DNA from: Basidiobolus meristosporus CBS 931.73 | Taxonomy: Eukaryota > Fungi > Basidiobolomycota | Length of the DNA stretch: 64,000 nucleotides | Assembly (NCBI GenBank): GCA_002104905.1 | Contig: MCFE01000098.1 | Span: forward strand, 1 to 64,000 | Reading direction: 5' to 3' | Shown: positions 10,528 through 23,700 of the stretch, piece after piece | How the letters are laid out: the number at the start of each line of letters is the position of its first letter | Position numbering within the stretch: position 1 is the stretch's first letter | Position numbers and translations under genes: made by a program | Notes under the pieces: model-generated | Seen by the model: the letters and a program-made list of their open reading frames with translations, nothing else | What the model was told of the DNA's origin: nothing | Databases searched by the model: none

Positions 10528-10592
10528 TCCGAGGAATCCCATTGCTTAATCATACTCTGGGCATCCGAGGAATCACATTGCTTAATCATACT
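10528..10592. repeat. Two direct 29-bp copies with a 36-bp period
   Basis: tccgaggaatcccattgcttaatcatact (10528-10556) and tccgaggaatcacattgcttaatcatact (10564-10592), one mismatch. Confidence 0.85.
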
Positions 10593-10788
10593 TGTGCCCA
10601 GCAAATACCCAACTGCAGTATACTTGTTCACTTTATTGCAATCATTGACAAACCGTTGAATACTAGAGCAGCGAGAGAAGCTATTTACAATCAGTAAAGC
10701 GGAGGTCGGGTTTAGAGCTGATAGGGACTTATTACATTGTTGGATTTCTCTATGAAGGTTGGTTCAGTAAGCAACTTCGAACCTGGTC

Positions 10789-12353
10789 CTATCGTTTCAG
10801 AAACTCCAAAAGAGTAGCCATCATTTCCACCTGACGTTCTTGTATTTCGATCTTCTTCTCCCTGTGTCGCTCTCTACGCTCCATCTTCTGTTTCAAATAT
10901 TCCATACGGTCTTGATGCTTTCTTCGTAAAAAGTTCAGATACTCTTCGGATTGTTGAAACTGGAAAAATTCACATGCATGTTCTTCGGGGAACTTGCGCT
11001 TTTCCGATCTGAGAGGGGCTGGACTTTCGTGAGGTGACGCGTACGACGCTTCACTCATGTGGGAATCGTTTGGAATGTGCTCCACAGAATCTAGGCTTGG
11101 GTGGGGGTTGGCTTGTGAGCTGGTCACCGATGCTGCCGTAATCCCATGTCCAGTGGTTGGGAATCCACGCGAGTTAACTTCATTGTCGGGAAATGGTGAC
11201 ATGCTCGCGTCACCGTAATTGACCTGAACAGAATGGCTAGGATTCTCAGAAATCCCGCCAACACTTGAAACTGGCGTATTTGGAGTTGGAGTCCCAGTAG
11301 AGACATTTATCCCAGGCGTGCCGTTTGTTGTGTTGAAGTGCACAGCCTGCCCATTACCAAGTATCTGCTGAGAAACCGATGTAGAGGGTTGGCTATATTG
11401 TTGTGGTTGATGTGCTTGCTGTTGTTGCTGCTGCTGTTGTTGTTGCATAGTATGTTGCATATTTTGCTGTTGTACTTGCTGGGCCTGCTGATGAGCGAGC
11501 TGCTGAAGCTGTTGCTGCTGGATCTGGTGCATTTGAGAGGCTGGCGTCTGAGGATGAACTTGCTGAGGCTGACCATTTGCATCAAATGCTACGCTCAATT
11601 GCTCGGTGGGAGTGCAGCTTTGAGATACGGTGGGTGAACCGGCATCATTCTGGAGAGGCATACCGTTGGAGTCAACGGCATGGTTTCTCATAGCAACAGG
11701 AACAGAAGCACGATGCACCCTGATGGCGTTCATATCTTCGAAATAGTCGTCAGTTTTCTTGGAATTCCCTGGCTGGCTGTTATGTTGGAGGATTTCCTAA
11801 AATTTGGTGGAAACCGTGAGCCAACTGTAGAGCATACGATGTGACAAGCACCAGTAGTGCTGTTAGCGTACCTTATATTTACGTTCTAACGTTTTCCATC
11901 GATTTCGACACTGCTCTGCCGAACGATTAAATCCTGCTTCCAGCATTTTTCGATGAAGTCTTTCCCAGACCGAAGCGTTTCTCTTCATGCTTTCGAAATA
12001 TTCGCGGTGCTCGCCATAGAGTTTGATCAAGTGCTTGGTTTCATCATGTCTCCAGTTTTCACTGTATCTGGAAGTGCCCTTTACTGGGGAAGGGCTTTTG
12101 TCTACACAGGGAATGTCAAAGTTCATAAAGTTATATGGATAGCCCAGGCTAATGATGGAAAAAGAAAGTTCGCCTTACCAAAGCCAGGGATGTTGGAAGT
12201 GTTGCTAGCTGGAAGTCCATCGGTAGTGGTATTGATGTTAGGGTGGGTTTGATTCTGGAGGACAAGATTATGGGGAGCTCCCGAAAGAGCGTTGGCTATT
12301 GTACCCGACACATTCGGGATCTGTGTATAAAGAGTGGAGGAAGTAGAACTCAT
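10789..12353 (-). CDS. Trihelix/Myb-SANT-like DNA-binding protein (Myb_DNA-bind_4 type) with a poly-Q region and a C-terminal coiled coil; 3 exons (12353-12179, 12101-11872, 11796-10789)
   Basis: NWRHDETKHLI...VWERLHRKM...RSAEQCRNRWKTLERKYK, spliced to EILQHN...DYFEDM. Canonical GT-AG introns keep the frame. Confidence 0.85.
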
Positions 12354-13535
12354 ACAAAAAATTAGAAAAGAAAAAGGAACGGTCTTCGGAGAAGAATAGA
12401 GTGCGACGGAAACTGAGTGAGTGTATTACGGAAGACTAGAAGAGAGTGAATTTTTCAGTAAAGTTTGTTACGAATCCTAGTACAGAGTGTTCTCGTTTAC
12501 TACAGGCTCCCCTGGCAATCTCTATTCCAATGAAATATCAGCCTCGTGGATATTTGTGACAAATTACTCAACGCGATTTGCCACTGATTTTTCAGCTCCT
12601 CCATAATGATTGGAATTGTCTTCAATTGCCATTGTTTCGCCAAGTTATATGAAATAGAACAGAACGGATGATTGTCCCTATACATAGTCGAATGCAGGCA
12701 GGTCTAAGAGTGATGATGAGGAGCTGAAATCCAAATCAAGCTATTGCACGGAAGCAGGAAAGGAGACTACGAAGCACTGTATTGTAGAAGCAGTATGGCA
12801 CCATTAGATCATTCATGGATACTTTCTCACATGACCATGTAATATTGATGATCACGAATACATCGCCTCGCATCCAGCATAGAAATGAGCTAAATACGAC
12901 CAATACGATCAGCAGCCATAGTATTCGCGATCATATTACTACTGGTATTCCAGTATTCACGATCATTTGATTATACAAATTGGATGAATAGCAAGCAGTC
13001 GAAGAAAACCAAGGGCTGGGTAATGAAGGATGCGTGTGACAGCCTAGAAGATGAAACGACCATAGAATACATTCCGCCTTGGAGATGGACTCTTCACTGA
13101 GTATTAATTTGCTTGTCCAACACAACACGGGTAATTCGCGAGTGGCTGGGTCATGGCAAATTTCGCTGGAATAATGGCTTGGTGACACAGATACACACGG
13201 TTTTGCTTGCTCCTTGATTAAGTGAATCTGGCATTTCAAGTAATTTGTTCCGAATCTATGCTCTAGTTCATTCTTCACTATACCCCAACTCCTCACTCAC
13301 CTCTCATCAGCAGGTTGGGGGCTTCGAATGGTGGTCATCCAATCAGTGATGACGAGTCAGTCTTTGGCCATTGGCTCAATGGAAAAATCACGGGTTAGCG
13401 GACATGGAATGGGTGGCGTCGTACATCGTAGAGTAATCCCTGTCTATTCTTTTTTATAGATTTACGTCAGGTAACCAAGGTCTGAACTTCTACCTGTCAA
13501 AACATCTCTCTTCTATCCGTCTTGTAAACCCTAGG

Positions 13536-14672
13536 ATGTTCTTCCGTAGTGCACTTCGTCATGCTGCTCGCTCAGGTACCACCAATTCAGCAGCGTTGCT
13601 TGTTCGAGGTGCAGAGTACCTATCGTTAACTCCTTTGATTCATAGCCCGTAGCTTTTCTTCCTCCACCACTGCTCGCAGCTACGAAGACACCGTTAAGAA
13701 TATGTTGATCAACAAGAACACACGAGTCATATGCCAAGGCTTCACCGGAAAGCAAGTATGTTTTCGGGACCAACCAATGCTGAGCGGAACCTTGCGATCC
13801 AACATTCTGACGCTAATTCACCCTCATAGGGAACTTTCCATTCTACCCAAGCCATTGAATATGGTACCAACATGGTTGGCGGTGTTTCTCCCAAGAAAGC
13901 CGGCCAGACCCACCTAGGCCTCCCAGTTTATGGCAACGTTGCCGAAGCTGTCCGTGAAGCTAAGCCAGATGCTAGTGTTATCTATGTTCCTCCCCCAGGC
14001 GCTGCTGCTGCCATCCTTGAAGCCATCGAGAATGAAATTCCTTTGGTCGTTGCCATCACCGAAGGTATTCCACAACACGACATGGTCAGAGTTGTCAAGG
14101 CCTTGAAAAGCCAAAGCAAGACCAGACTCATTGGACCTAACTGCCCCGGTATTATCGCACCCGATGCCTGTAAGATCGGTATTATGCCAGGCCACATTCA
14201 CAAGAGAGGCAAGATTGGTGTTGTTTCTCGTTCCGGTACTTTGACCTACGAAGCCGTCAACCAAACCACCCAAGTTGGCCTCGGCCAAACCCTCTGTGTC
14301 GGTATTGGCGGTGATCCCTTCAACGGTACCAATTTCATTGATTGTCTGAAGGTCTTCTTGGACGATCCTGAAACCGAGGGTATCATTCTTATTGGTGAAA
14401 TCGGTGGATCTGCTGAGGAAGAGGCAGCCGAGTATCTGACCCAATACAACTTCAGCAAGCCTGACCCCAAGCCCGTTGTTTCCTTCATTGCCGGTTTGAC
14501 TGCTCCTCCAGGCCGTAGAATGGGCCATGCTGGTGCTATCATTGCCGGTGGCAAGGGCGGTGCCAACGACAAGATCAATGCACTGGAAAAGGCCGGTGTT
14601 GTCGTCTCTAGATCTCCAGCCAAGCTTGGTACTCTCATGAAGGAGGCCATGGTCAAGGCTGGTAAAGCCTAA
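13536..14672 (+). CDS. LSC1: Succinyl-CoA ligase alpha subunit, mitochondrial; 3 exons (13536-13575, 13646-13755, 13830-14672)
   Basis: R/S/A-rich presequence, ICQGFTGKQ|[38 protein letters not shown] and RMGHAGA (phospho-His). Confidence 0.96.
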
Positions 14673-14937
14673 TCTAATTACCTGATCGCAATTGTTCAAG
14701 GCATGGTTAAAGAAACTAAACAACTATATCCCCACACATTCACTTGTATAAATGTTTTCTTGGGTCTTGAGTTCCAATCAAGAGTAATTCGATTTTACAT
14801 AAAAGTTTACCCCGATGGGTATTAGTATATGCATACAATGCAGCTTTTGGATCAGCCATGACATCATCGCCGGACCTAATAAAACCGGTAGTTACACGGC
14901 CATAAAGGGTTCGCCCGTAGGGAATAGAGCAAGCAAC

Positions 14938-17262
14938 ATGGCGCCGAGAAAACGTGCGGCAAAGCCAAAGCCTACTCCGAGCAGTGCATCTGCTTCGAAG
15001 TCAGCAGACATCCAGAATGCTGCACTGCAGCAAAAGATCAGGTGAGCCAACCTATATGTCCATACCAAAGAATGTCTTGTGAGGTGCTAACGAGGCAGTC
15101 TTGAAGAGCGGAGATATTTCCTTCGATAAATCCCTATACGCCTTCCTTCAACATAGCGATCAGACTCTTCTTTATGGTGCGCGCCTTGGCTGCCATCACT
15201 TCTAGTATATCTGACTGTGACGAGACCTTTAACTACTGGGAGCCCACGCATTACTTGCAATATGGCTCAGGTTTGCAAACCTGGGAATATTCGCCCATTT
15301 ACGCTATTCGCTCGTGGGCCTATATCGGTATCCACGCATTTATGGGCAAAGTGTTTGAGTTGGTAATAGCAAAAAAGAAGGTAACTCTTTAATGGGTACT
15401 TCAGAATGAAACGGTTCGCAACGACTCACTTGTTCTACTCCTTTAGATGCAGATATTTTTCTTCATACGAATGTGCTTTGCCATAATTTGTTCTTATTGC
15501 GAAGCTAGATTTTATCGAGCCATTGTCGAGCATGTTAACCCCAGGATTGGAAGATATACTTTAGTGCTTCTTCTGGGTAGTGCTGGGATGTACAGCGCTT
15601 CAGTTGGTATGGGATGCCCCGTATTCTGGCCTATACCCCGAGCGAGCACTAACCATTTGAAACAGCCTATTTACCCTCGACTTTCTCTATGTATACCACT
15701 ATGCTTGCATTCGCTTATGCATTACAGAGTCCCTCGGTATCGTCCGGCTCTCGTACATACAAGGCTGTGTTTTGGTTTGCGTTGGGAGCAATTTTAGGAT
15801 GGCCGTTCAGTGGCGCGGTCGGAATACCTTTTGTGATCGAGGAGTTGTTTGTGAAAGGAAGCGAAATAACCAAGAAGAAGGACCACTGGAGGAGTCGCCG
15901 TATATATCGCTTGGTTACCGCCGGCGTGGTTGGATTATCTCTCTTAGTAAGCGATCGTGATGTTTGGTTAATCCAAACGATTAGATGCTAACGCTTTGAT
16001 TGTTCAGCTCCCTGTAGCGCTCATTGACTATTTCTATTACCAGAAGTGGACCTTTGTACCTTTCAACATCATTGGGTACAATGTGTTCAGTGGCGCAGAG
16101 AGAGGGCCTAATATTTTCGGCACTGAGCCATGGTGGTTTTATCTTGTAAACGGAGTGCTCAACTTCAATATTATTTTTGTTTGCGCGTTGGCCAGCATGC
16201 CTGCTTTGGTGGGTGTTTGCCTCGTTGAGTTTTTCCTCATGTATGCCTAACCAAACAGTGCTACCCTCTAGTTATTCACCTACTGGATGAATCTACCTAA
16301 AGCACAGCCCCAAGATGGCAAAGGGCCGACCTCCCCTTATGTCAAATTCATATTCCGATTGGCGCCCTTCTACGTATGGCTGTTCATCTTCACCATCCAA
16401 CCACACAAAGAGGAGCGGTTTTTGTTCGTGGTGTATCCGTTGATTTGCCTCAACGCCGCAGTGGGGCTGTTTATTGTCAGGGGATGGCTCGAAAACCTAT
16501 ACATTAAGCATCTTGCCAAGAATATGAAATCGGTATGTGGCCAAACAAACGCACTGCGTGAAACGAATCTCACAATATCTACTACAGGACCATTCCTATG
16601 TGGTGACATTTGTCAGTGTTGCTGTGATCTCGGTATTTCTGATCATCTCGATGTCTCGAGTGGTGGGACTATACACCCACTACCATGCACCGTTAGACGT
16701 GTACGGCAAATTCTATGACAACGATTTCCTAAGCCACGCTGCCGAGATGCATAACGGGACCGAGGCCAACGTATGTGTTGGAAAAGAATGGTACCGCTTC
16801 CATAGTCACTACTTTTTGCCAGACAATTATCGACTTCGGTTCGTCCGCTCTTCATTCCGTGGGTTGCTACCCAAATACTTCTACGAAGACAAAGAGCAGA
16901 GCCACCATAGGCCTGGAACCTGGATGGTTCCACATCATATGAACGACTTGAATCACGAAGAGATGGACCGATACGTAGGTGTTTATTAGGCTGGCAATGG
17001 TCAATGGAGCCCGTGCTTAATTTTTATCCAGATTGATGTAGGGCAATGTGACTACATGATCGACGTTGATTATCCCTCTCGTGCGGTCAATCCGGAAGAG
17101 CCACGCTACGCTGCAGATACTCAGCATTGGACTAAATACTACTGCCAGCCCTTTCTGGACCAGGCGAATTCTCCCTCCTTGACTCGCGCTTTTTATATCC
17201 CTTCCCTTGATCAAACCTCAAACCAATGGGGAGAATACTGTCTTCTAGAGAAGTCGAAATAG
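14938..17262 (+). CDS. ALG9: Alpha-1,2-mannosyltransferase (GT22), multi-exon
   Basis: ISDCDETFNYWEPTHYLQYG.GLQTWEYSP.YAIRSW, GWPFS, GTEPWWFY, QPHKEERFLFVVYP, CVGKEWYRFHSHYFLP, F.GLLP and MNDLN.EE across several exons. Confidence 0.95.
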
Positions 17263-17768
17263 TGCTGATGCTCATCTGGTTTATCACTGTGATTCATGTA
17301 GTAAAGCTTCCCATTCACGTGATATAGTTTGACAATTCGTAATATCAGTAATTTCATATTCACCAATCATCACAGGCAACGATATTAGCGGAGCCTAGGT
17401 TACCTCAATGAAAAAGGACGTTTGTTTTGATTGCGAACTATATGACAGGCTATTCAGATTACCCAAGATCATGCATGTAAATTGAAGAGCCCCTTAATGG
17501 GGATTGTACCCTCATACAGTGAATTGAGTTCCACGGATATATTTCAATATGCCAGCAAATCCTCGTCTACTCGACTTGACCTGGCTTGGCTTGTCATCAA
17601 GTATTGAGCCAACACTTTCAAAGCCCCTACAACCAGATTTAGTTTAACTTATATATATTCGTAAAGTAATCTTCAAGGAGAGAAGGTACAGTTTCAAAGT
17701 CTACTCTAGAGAGCTATTCTCATACAGTGTAGTGACCTTGAGAAAAAGTCTTTAGATATTTATTCACC

Positions 17769-20700
17769 ATGGAGGATGATACACAAGGAGTTGCTACTCC
17801 CATCGACTCCCTCTCCCAGCTCTTTGACCCAAGCGTATTCAAGGAATACTTGGAGAAGCTTTTGCCTCTAGTCCTCGCTGCTGATCCCGAGGACATTGAG
17901 AGCTCGCTATTTGCTTACCCGGATTCTCTGGAAAAGTGCCGTCGCTTTGCCAATGATCCACAAAATTCTGTACTCTATGTATTAAAAGAGCGCGAAGCTA
18001 GAAAAGACGACGGTACTTATCACTTCTACAGCCTCGTTGTTACCTTCAGTCAGCTAATCTACTTTAACAGCTGACGACCATTCTAGCTATAGCTACACAT
18101 ATTCCCTTTCCCACGAGATAACTTATTTACCTAATCATGTTGCTTCTCTGGCCTTAATCAAACGTTCGCCAACACTGGACGCACTCCGTCCTCTGCAGAA
18201 CCAACTCCAGCTTATCAACCTTCCTGGACCTGCATCCACCGATAACACCACTGGTGCTGCTACCCCCTACGAGGCTCTTCACGCATACATCCATCATGCC
18301 GTAAGCCCATTCTTCAACGCTTACGTTAGCTCCAAGGAGGCTTCGAGCGAAGGCACTGCCAGCGCAGGTGGAAAGCGCGAGGACAAAGATAGCAAAATGG
18401 GTACTTAACAGCGCTTTGGTATAATCCATCAGTCCTTGATAATAACCAAATCATTCACTACCAAGGCATCCCCATGACCAAAAAGAAGATCGCCGAGCTG
18501 GAGTTGTCCTTGCTCCACTTGCAACAGAACGTCGAGATCCCCGAAATCTCCCTGAACATCCACCCTGCCGTTCAACGGGCTGTGGAGAAGGTAAAGGGCC
18601 GTTTAGCAACTTTCCCAGTGCACTGTGTCTGACATTCTCGACTTTAGTGCCGTGAGCTGCGTCAGCGTATTACCGTCGACGCCGTCGATCCCAGCCTTCT
18701 TTCGGATTCTTCCTTTTTGAACCGTCTGCAAGGCGATGTGAATGGATGGATCAAGGAGATTCAGAAAGTGACCAAGCTTTCCAGAGATCCGGCCAATGGT
18801 ACTGCCTCTCAGGAAATCAATTTCTGGATCAGCATGGAGCGAGCCCTTGAGAAGATCGAAGAGCAGCTTAAAAGCGATCAGATCGGTAGGCCATTGTTGT
18901 GCAGTTGTTGTTGAAGTACACGGGTCGCTAATCAAAGCATCTAGTTTTAACCTTGGAGGTTCTCAAGAACGCCAAGAGATTCCACGCCACGGTTAGTTTC
19001 ATTGCCGACACGGGCTTGAAAGAGGGGACGGAGAAAGTCTTGAAGTACAACCAGCTGATGAAGGACTTCCCCTTGAACGAATTGCTTTCCGCAACTGACG
19101 TGGAAAAAGTCCGGGACTCCCTTGTCCTTATCTTTGGCCATTTAAACAAGAAGCTGAAGCTTTCACCATATCCTATCCGCCGAGCACTCCCTTTCGTCGA
19201 GGCGATCTCCAGAGATCTCAACGACCAGCTGCTCAAAGTCCTCGGAAGCCGTAGGTTGATGTACATGGATTACGAGGACTTCGAGAAGATTACCGACGGT
19301 GCTGACGAGGTGTTCCGCACGTGGGACGATTTGATTAAGGAGTTCACTAATGTCGCCAGAGAGGTGACTCGTAAGCGTGCCGAGAAGTTCATGCCAATCA
19401 AGATCAACCCGGCCCACGCTAAACTGCAAGAACGGGTGAACTTCGTTCGCAACTTCAGAAAGCAGCATGAACAACTACACAACACCATTGTGCGTGTGAT
19501 GAGCGCTTCAACCAACTCCAGGCCCATGGTCGTGAGTGGTAGTGTGATCGAGATGACCCCACAGGAGAGCGTGAGTGTGAGCGACATCAATTCGGTTGAG
19601 GAGGTCAAGCTTGCCTACGAGAGCGTGAAGAACATCGATGTTCTTGACGTTTCCCCTGAGGGAACCGAGATGTGGGTTAGCGCAGAAAACTCCTACAACG
19701 AGCGCGTATCCCGGGTAGAAAACCAAATCATTGCTCGCCTTCGCGACAAACTTGGTACCGCCAAGAACGCCAACGAGATGTTCCGCGTGTTCTCGAAATT
19801 CAACGCACTCTTCGTGCGTCCCAAGATCCGTGGTGCCATCCAAGAATATCAAACGCAGCTCATCGACAGCGTAAAGGAGGATATCAAAAAGCTTCATGAC
19901 AAATTCAAGATGCAATACCGCAACTCCGAAGCGTACCATATGAGCGGGCTCAGAGATCTGCCACCGATTTCCGGTGCCATCATCTGGGCACGCCAGATCG
20001 AGCGCCAACTCTCCACCTACATGAAGCGAGTGGAGGATGTCTTGGGTAAAGGGTGGGAGCTGTACGCCGAAGGTCAGAAGCTTCAAAGCGAAAGCAACAG
20101 TTTCCGAAAGAAGCTGGATACTCGACAAATCTATGATGCTTGGCTATCGGAAATTGCCAAACGTGACTTGTCGGTGTCGGGACGAATCTTCGAGATCTCC
20201 CGTGTCCGTGCCCAAGGAAACATCCTACAGTTGGGGGTGAACTTCGATAGTCAGGTGATCACCCTGTTCAAGGAGGTGCGAAACCTTCTCTGGCAGGGAT
20301 TCCAGGTCCCTCACAGTGTTAGCAACATCGCCAAAGATGCCAAAAGGGTTTATCCGTTTGTTGTCAGTCTGATGGAGACTGTGAGGACTTACCAGCAAAC
20401 CCTCAACAAAATCCATAAGCATCCGGACATCGCCACCTTGGTCGCCGGTTATCGCAATGATGTCCAGGTGATGATCACCAAGGGAATCAACCTTCGCTGG
20501 GATTACTTTGTGAACACCTACGACGCCCACCACCGTCCGCTTACCTATACGGCGGGGGCAGCGCTGGACGCCCGCGAGAACCGTCATGTGATGTTCGTTC
20601 GTGAGTTCGCCAATATAGTTTCCGTGTTCCAAGACAAGGTGGATTCGCTGATCATGGTCAACGATGAGATTGTCCAGGCGATTGAGGAGTTGAAGACCTG

Positions 20701-23700
20701 CTCTTACCAATCGGACAAGTTCGCCGACTGTCTTGAGAAGATGCAGAAGTTAATCGACAGGCTGAACCTCGAATCCTACTCCAACTTGGATGAGTGGGTC
20801 GCTCAGCTTGACTCACGTGTGGAAGGAGTTTTGGCGGTCCGACTACAGCAGGCCATCAAAGAGTGGATCGAAGAGTTCCTCCTCATAGATGAGGAAAGCG
20901 CCAGCTCCTTGAGCAAGCTTGCGACCAAGAAGAACAAGCGCAAGGGCTGGATGGATCTGGACGAGGAGGAAGGGGCCAAGGTGCGCGACGAGAAGACCCG
21001 TCCCAACCTGCGCATCTTGATCCATGAGATCCGAATTCGCAACCAAGTGATGTATCTCGACCCACCTCTTGAGCAGGCCCGCGCTAGCTGGTACACCCAG
21101 CTGCATGACTGGCTTGCGGTGGTCTGTTACTTGAAGAGGATTCAGAGTTCTCGCTACGAGATTGGCCTGCACGTCAAGAGTGAATCATCACTTGATATCA
21201 CTTACACCAATCTTCTTACCAAGCTCACCGAGAACACTCTCGACAAGGCGTACGAGATCATCGAGCAAAAGGTGAAGGAGGTCAACGATTACGTCAACAT
21301 CTGGCTGCAATACCAGTCGCTCTGGGATCTCGAGTCGAGCTATGTGTACTCGAAGCTTGGAGAGGACCTGAACAAGTGGCAGCAGATCCTTCTCGAGATC
21401 AAAAAGGCCCGAAACACATTCGACAACTCGGAGACCGACAAGTCATTTGGCCCACTGATCATTGACTACGAACAGGTCCAGAGCAAGGTCAACGCCAAGT
21501 ACGATTCTTGGCAACGAGAGATCCTCAACAAGTTCGGAAGTATGCTGGGTACAAGCATGCGGGACTTCCATACCGCCGTCTCCAAAGCCAGATATGACTT
21601 GGAGCAGCATTCCATCGACTCGAATACCACCAGCGAGACCGTCACGTTCATTACGTTTATTCAGGATCTGAAGCGTAAGGTCAACAAATGGAACAAAGAT
21701 GTCGAGCTTTACCGCCAAGGCCAGAAAACCCTTGAGCGCCAAAGATACCAGTTCCCAACCGAATGGCTGTACGTGGATCAGATCGAGGGTGAGTGGAGTG
21801 CTTTCAATGAAATCCTCACTCGTAAGAACAACGCTATCCAGGAGCAGATTGCTGGCCTCCAGATGAAGATTGTCGCGGAAGACAAGGTGGTGGAGCAAAA
21901 GATCAAGGACATTGTTGGCGAGTGGGAGAAGAACAAGCCCGTGCAGGGAGATATCAAGCCTGACATTGCCACCAACACGCTTAATATCTTCGAAGGACGG
22001 GTCACCCGAGTGAAGGAGGAGTATGACCAAGTTTGTCGCGCAAAGGAGGCGCTTGATTTGGACCTCACCACTGACGATCGTTTGGACCCAGTTCTTGAAG
22101 AGTTGCGTGACCTCAAGTCCGTTTGGTCCGCCCTTTCCAAGGTCTGGCAGTCGATTTATGAAATCAAGGATACCGTGTGGACCTTGGTTGTTCCCCGTAA
22201 GATTCGCCAACAGTTGGATGCTTTGCTGAACTCCACCAAGGAGATGCCAAACCGTATGCGTCAATACGCCGCCTTTGAATATATCCAGGAAACGCTGAGA
22301 CAATACCTGAAAGTCAATCCGCTTCTTGGGGATCTGAAATCCGAGGCGCTCCGTGAAAGACACTGGAAGCAGCTGTTCAAGCTCCTCCGCGTCGAAGGGC
22401 GTCTTGGCCTTTCGGAGATGACTATCGGGAATCTATGGGATTTGGACCTTCGCAAGAACGAGCAAGTTGTCCGCGAAGTGATTACAGTTGCCCAAGGTGA
22501 GATGGCCCTTGAGGAATTCTTGAAGCAGGTGAGAGAGACCTGGACCAACTATGTCCTGGAGCTGGTCAACTATCAAAACAAGTGTCGTCTCATTAAGGGC
22601 TGGGACGAGCTTTTTGGTAAATGCAGTGAGCACCTGAATTCCCTCACCGCCATGAAGCTGTCCCCTTACTACAAGGTCTTTGAAGAGGAGGCATCCGGCT
22701 GGGAGGAGAAGCTGAACAGAGTTCACGTGCTATTTGATGTTTGGATCGACGTGCAACGTCAATGGGTTTACCTGGAGGGGATCTTCACCGGAAGCGTGGA
22801 CATCAAGCATCTTCTACCCATCGAATCCTCCCGTTTCCAGAACATCAACTCCGAGTTCTTGACCGTGATGAAGAAGGTCTACAAATCTCCGTTTGTCCTC
22901 GATGTCCTGAACATCCAGAACATCCAGAAATCCCTGGAGCGCTTGGCCGATTTGTTGGGCAAGATTCAAAAAGCTCTTGGTGAATACCTTGAGCGGGAGA
23001 GATCTTCGTTCCCTCGTTTCTACTTCGTCGGCGACGAAGATCTCCTGGAGATCATTGGCAACAGCAAGGATGTGCTGCGCATACAGAAGCACTTCAAGAA
23101 GATGTTCGCGGGCATCTCCAACATTATCCTGAACGAAGACACCACCGTGATTCAAGGAATGGCTTCACGTGAAGGGGAGGAGGTTTACTTCAAGAACCCA
23201 GTTTCGATCAAGGACCATCCCAAGATCAACGACTGGCTAACCTTGCTCGAGAAGGAGATGAAGGTCTCGTTGGCACTGTTGCTTTCTGACGCGGTGACCG
23301 AGATGAACGACATCTACTACACCGAAGAGCTTGATCGCACAGCCTTCCTGGATTGGATTGAGAAATACCCAGCCCAGCTTGTGGTTCTTGCCGCCCAAGT
23401 CACCTGGTCTCAGTCCGTTGACAAGGCTTTAAGCACCATCGGGGAGCAGAACAACGGGGACTTTACTCCCATCAATGACTCGCTCGGATTAGTGGAGCGT
23501 AACCTGAACGTTCTCGCCGATGCAGTTCTTTCGGATTTGCAGCCTATCAAGCGTAGGAAGTGTGAACATCTCATCACCGAGTTGGTTCACCAAAGAGATG
23601 TCATTCGTTTGTTGATTTCCAACCGGGTGTGCTCCGCGAAGGACTTCGACTGGCTTTACCAGATGCGGTTCTACTTCAACGGAAGCGTCGAGGACCCGCT

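Noticed and set aside
12500-13300. Possible gene relic: minus ORF with HTHP...S (JAB/MPN-like), or a plus-strand hydrophobic stretch AAIVFAIILLLVFQY
   Set aside because: The two readings are mutually exclusive and weak, with early stops and no further supporting motifs.
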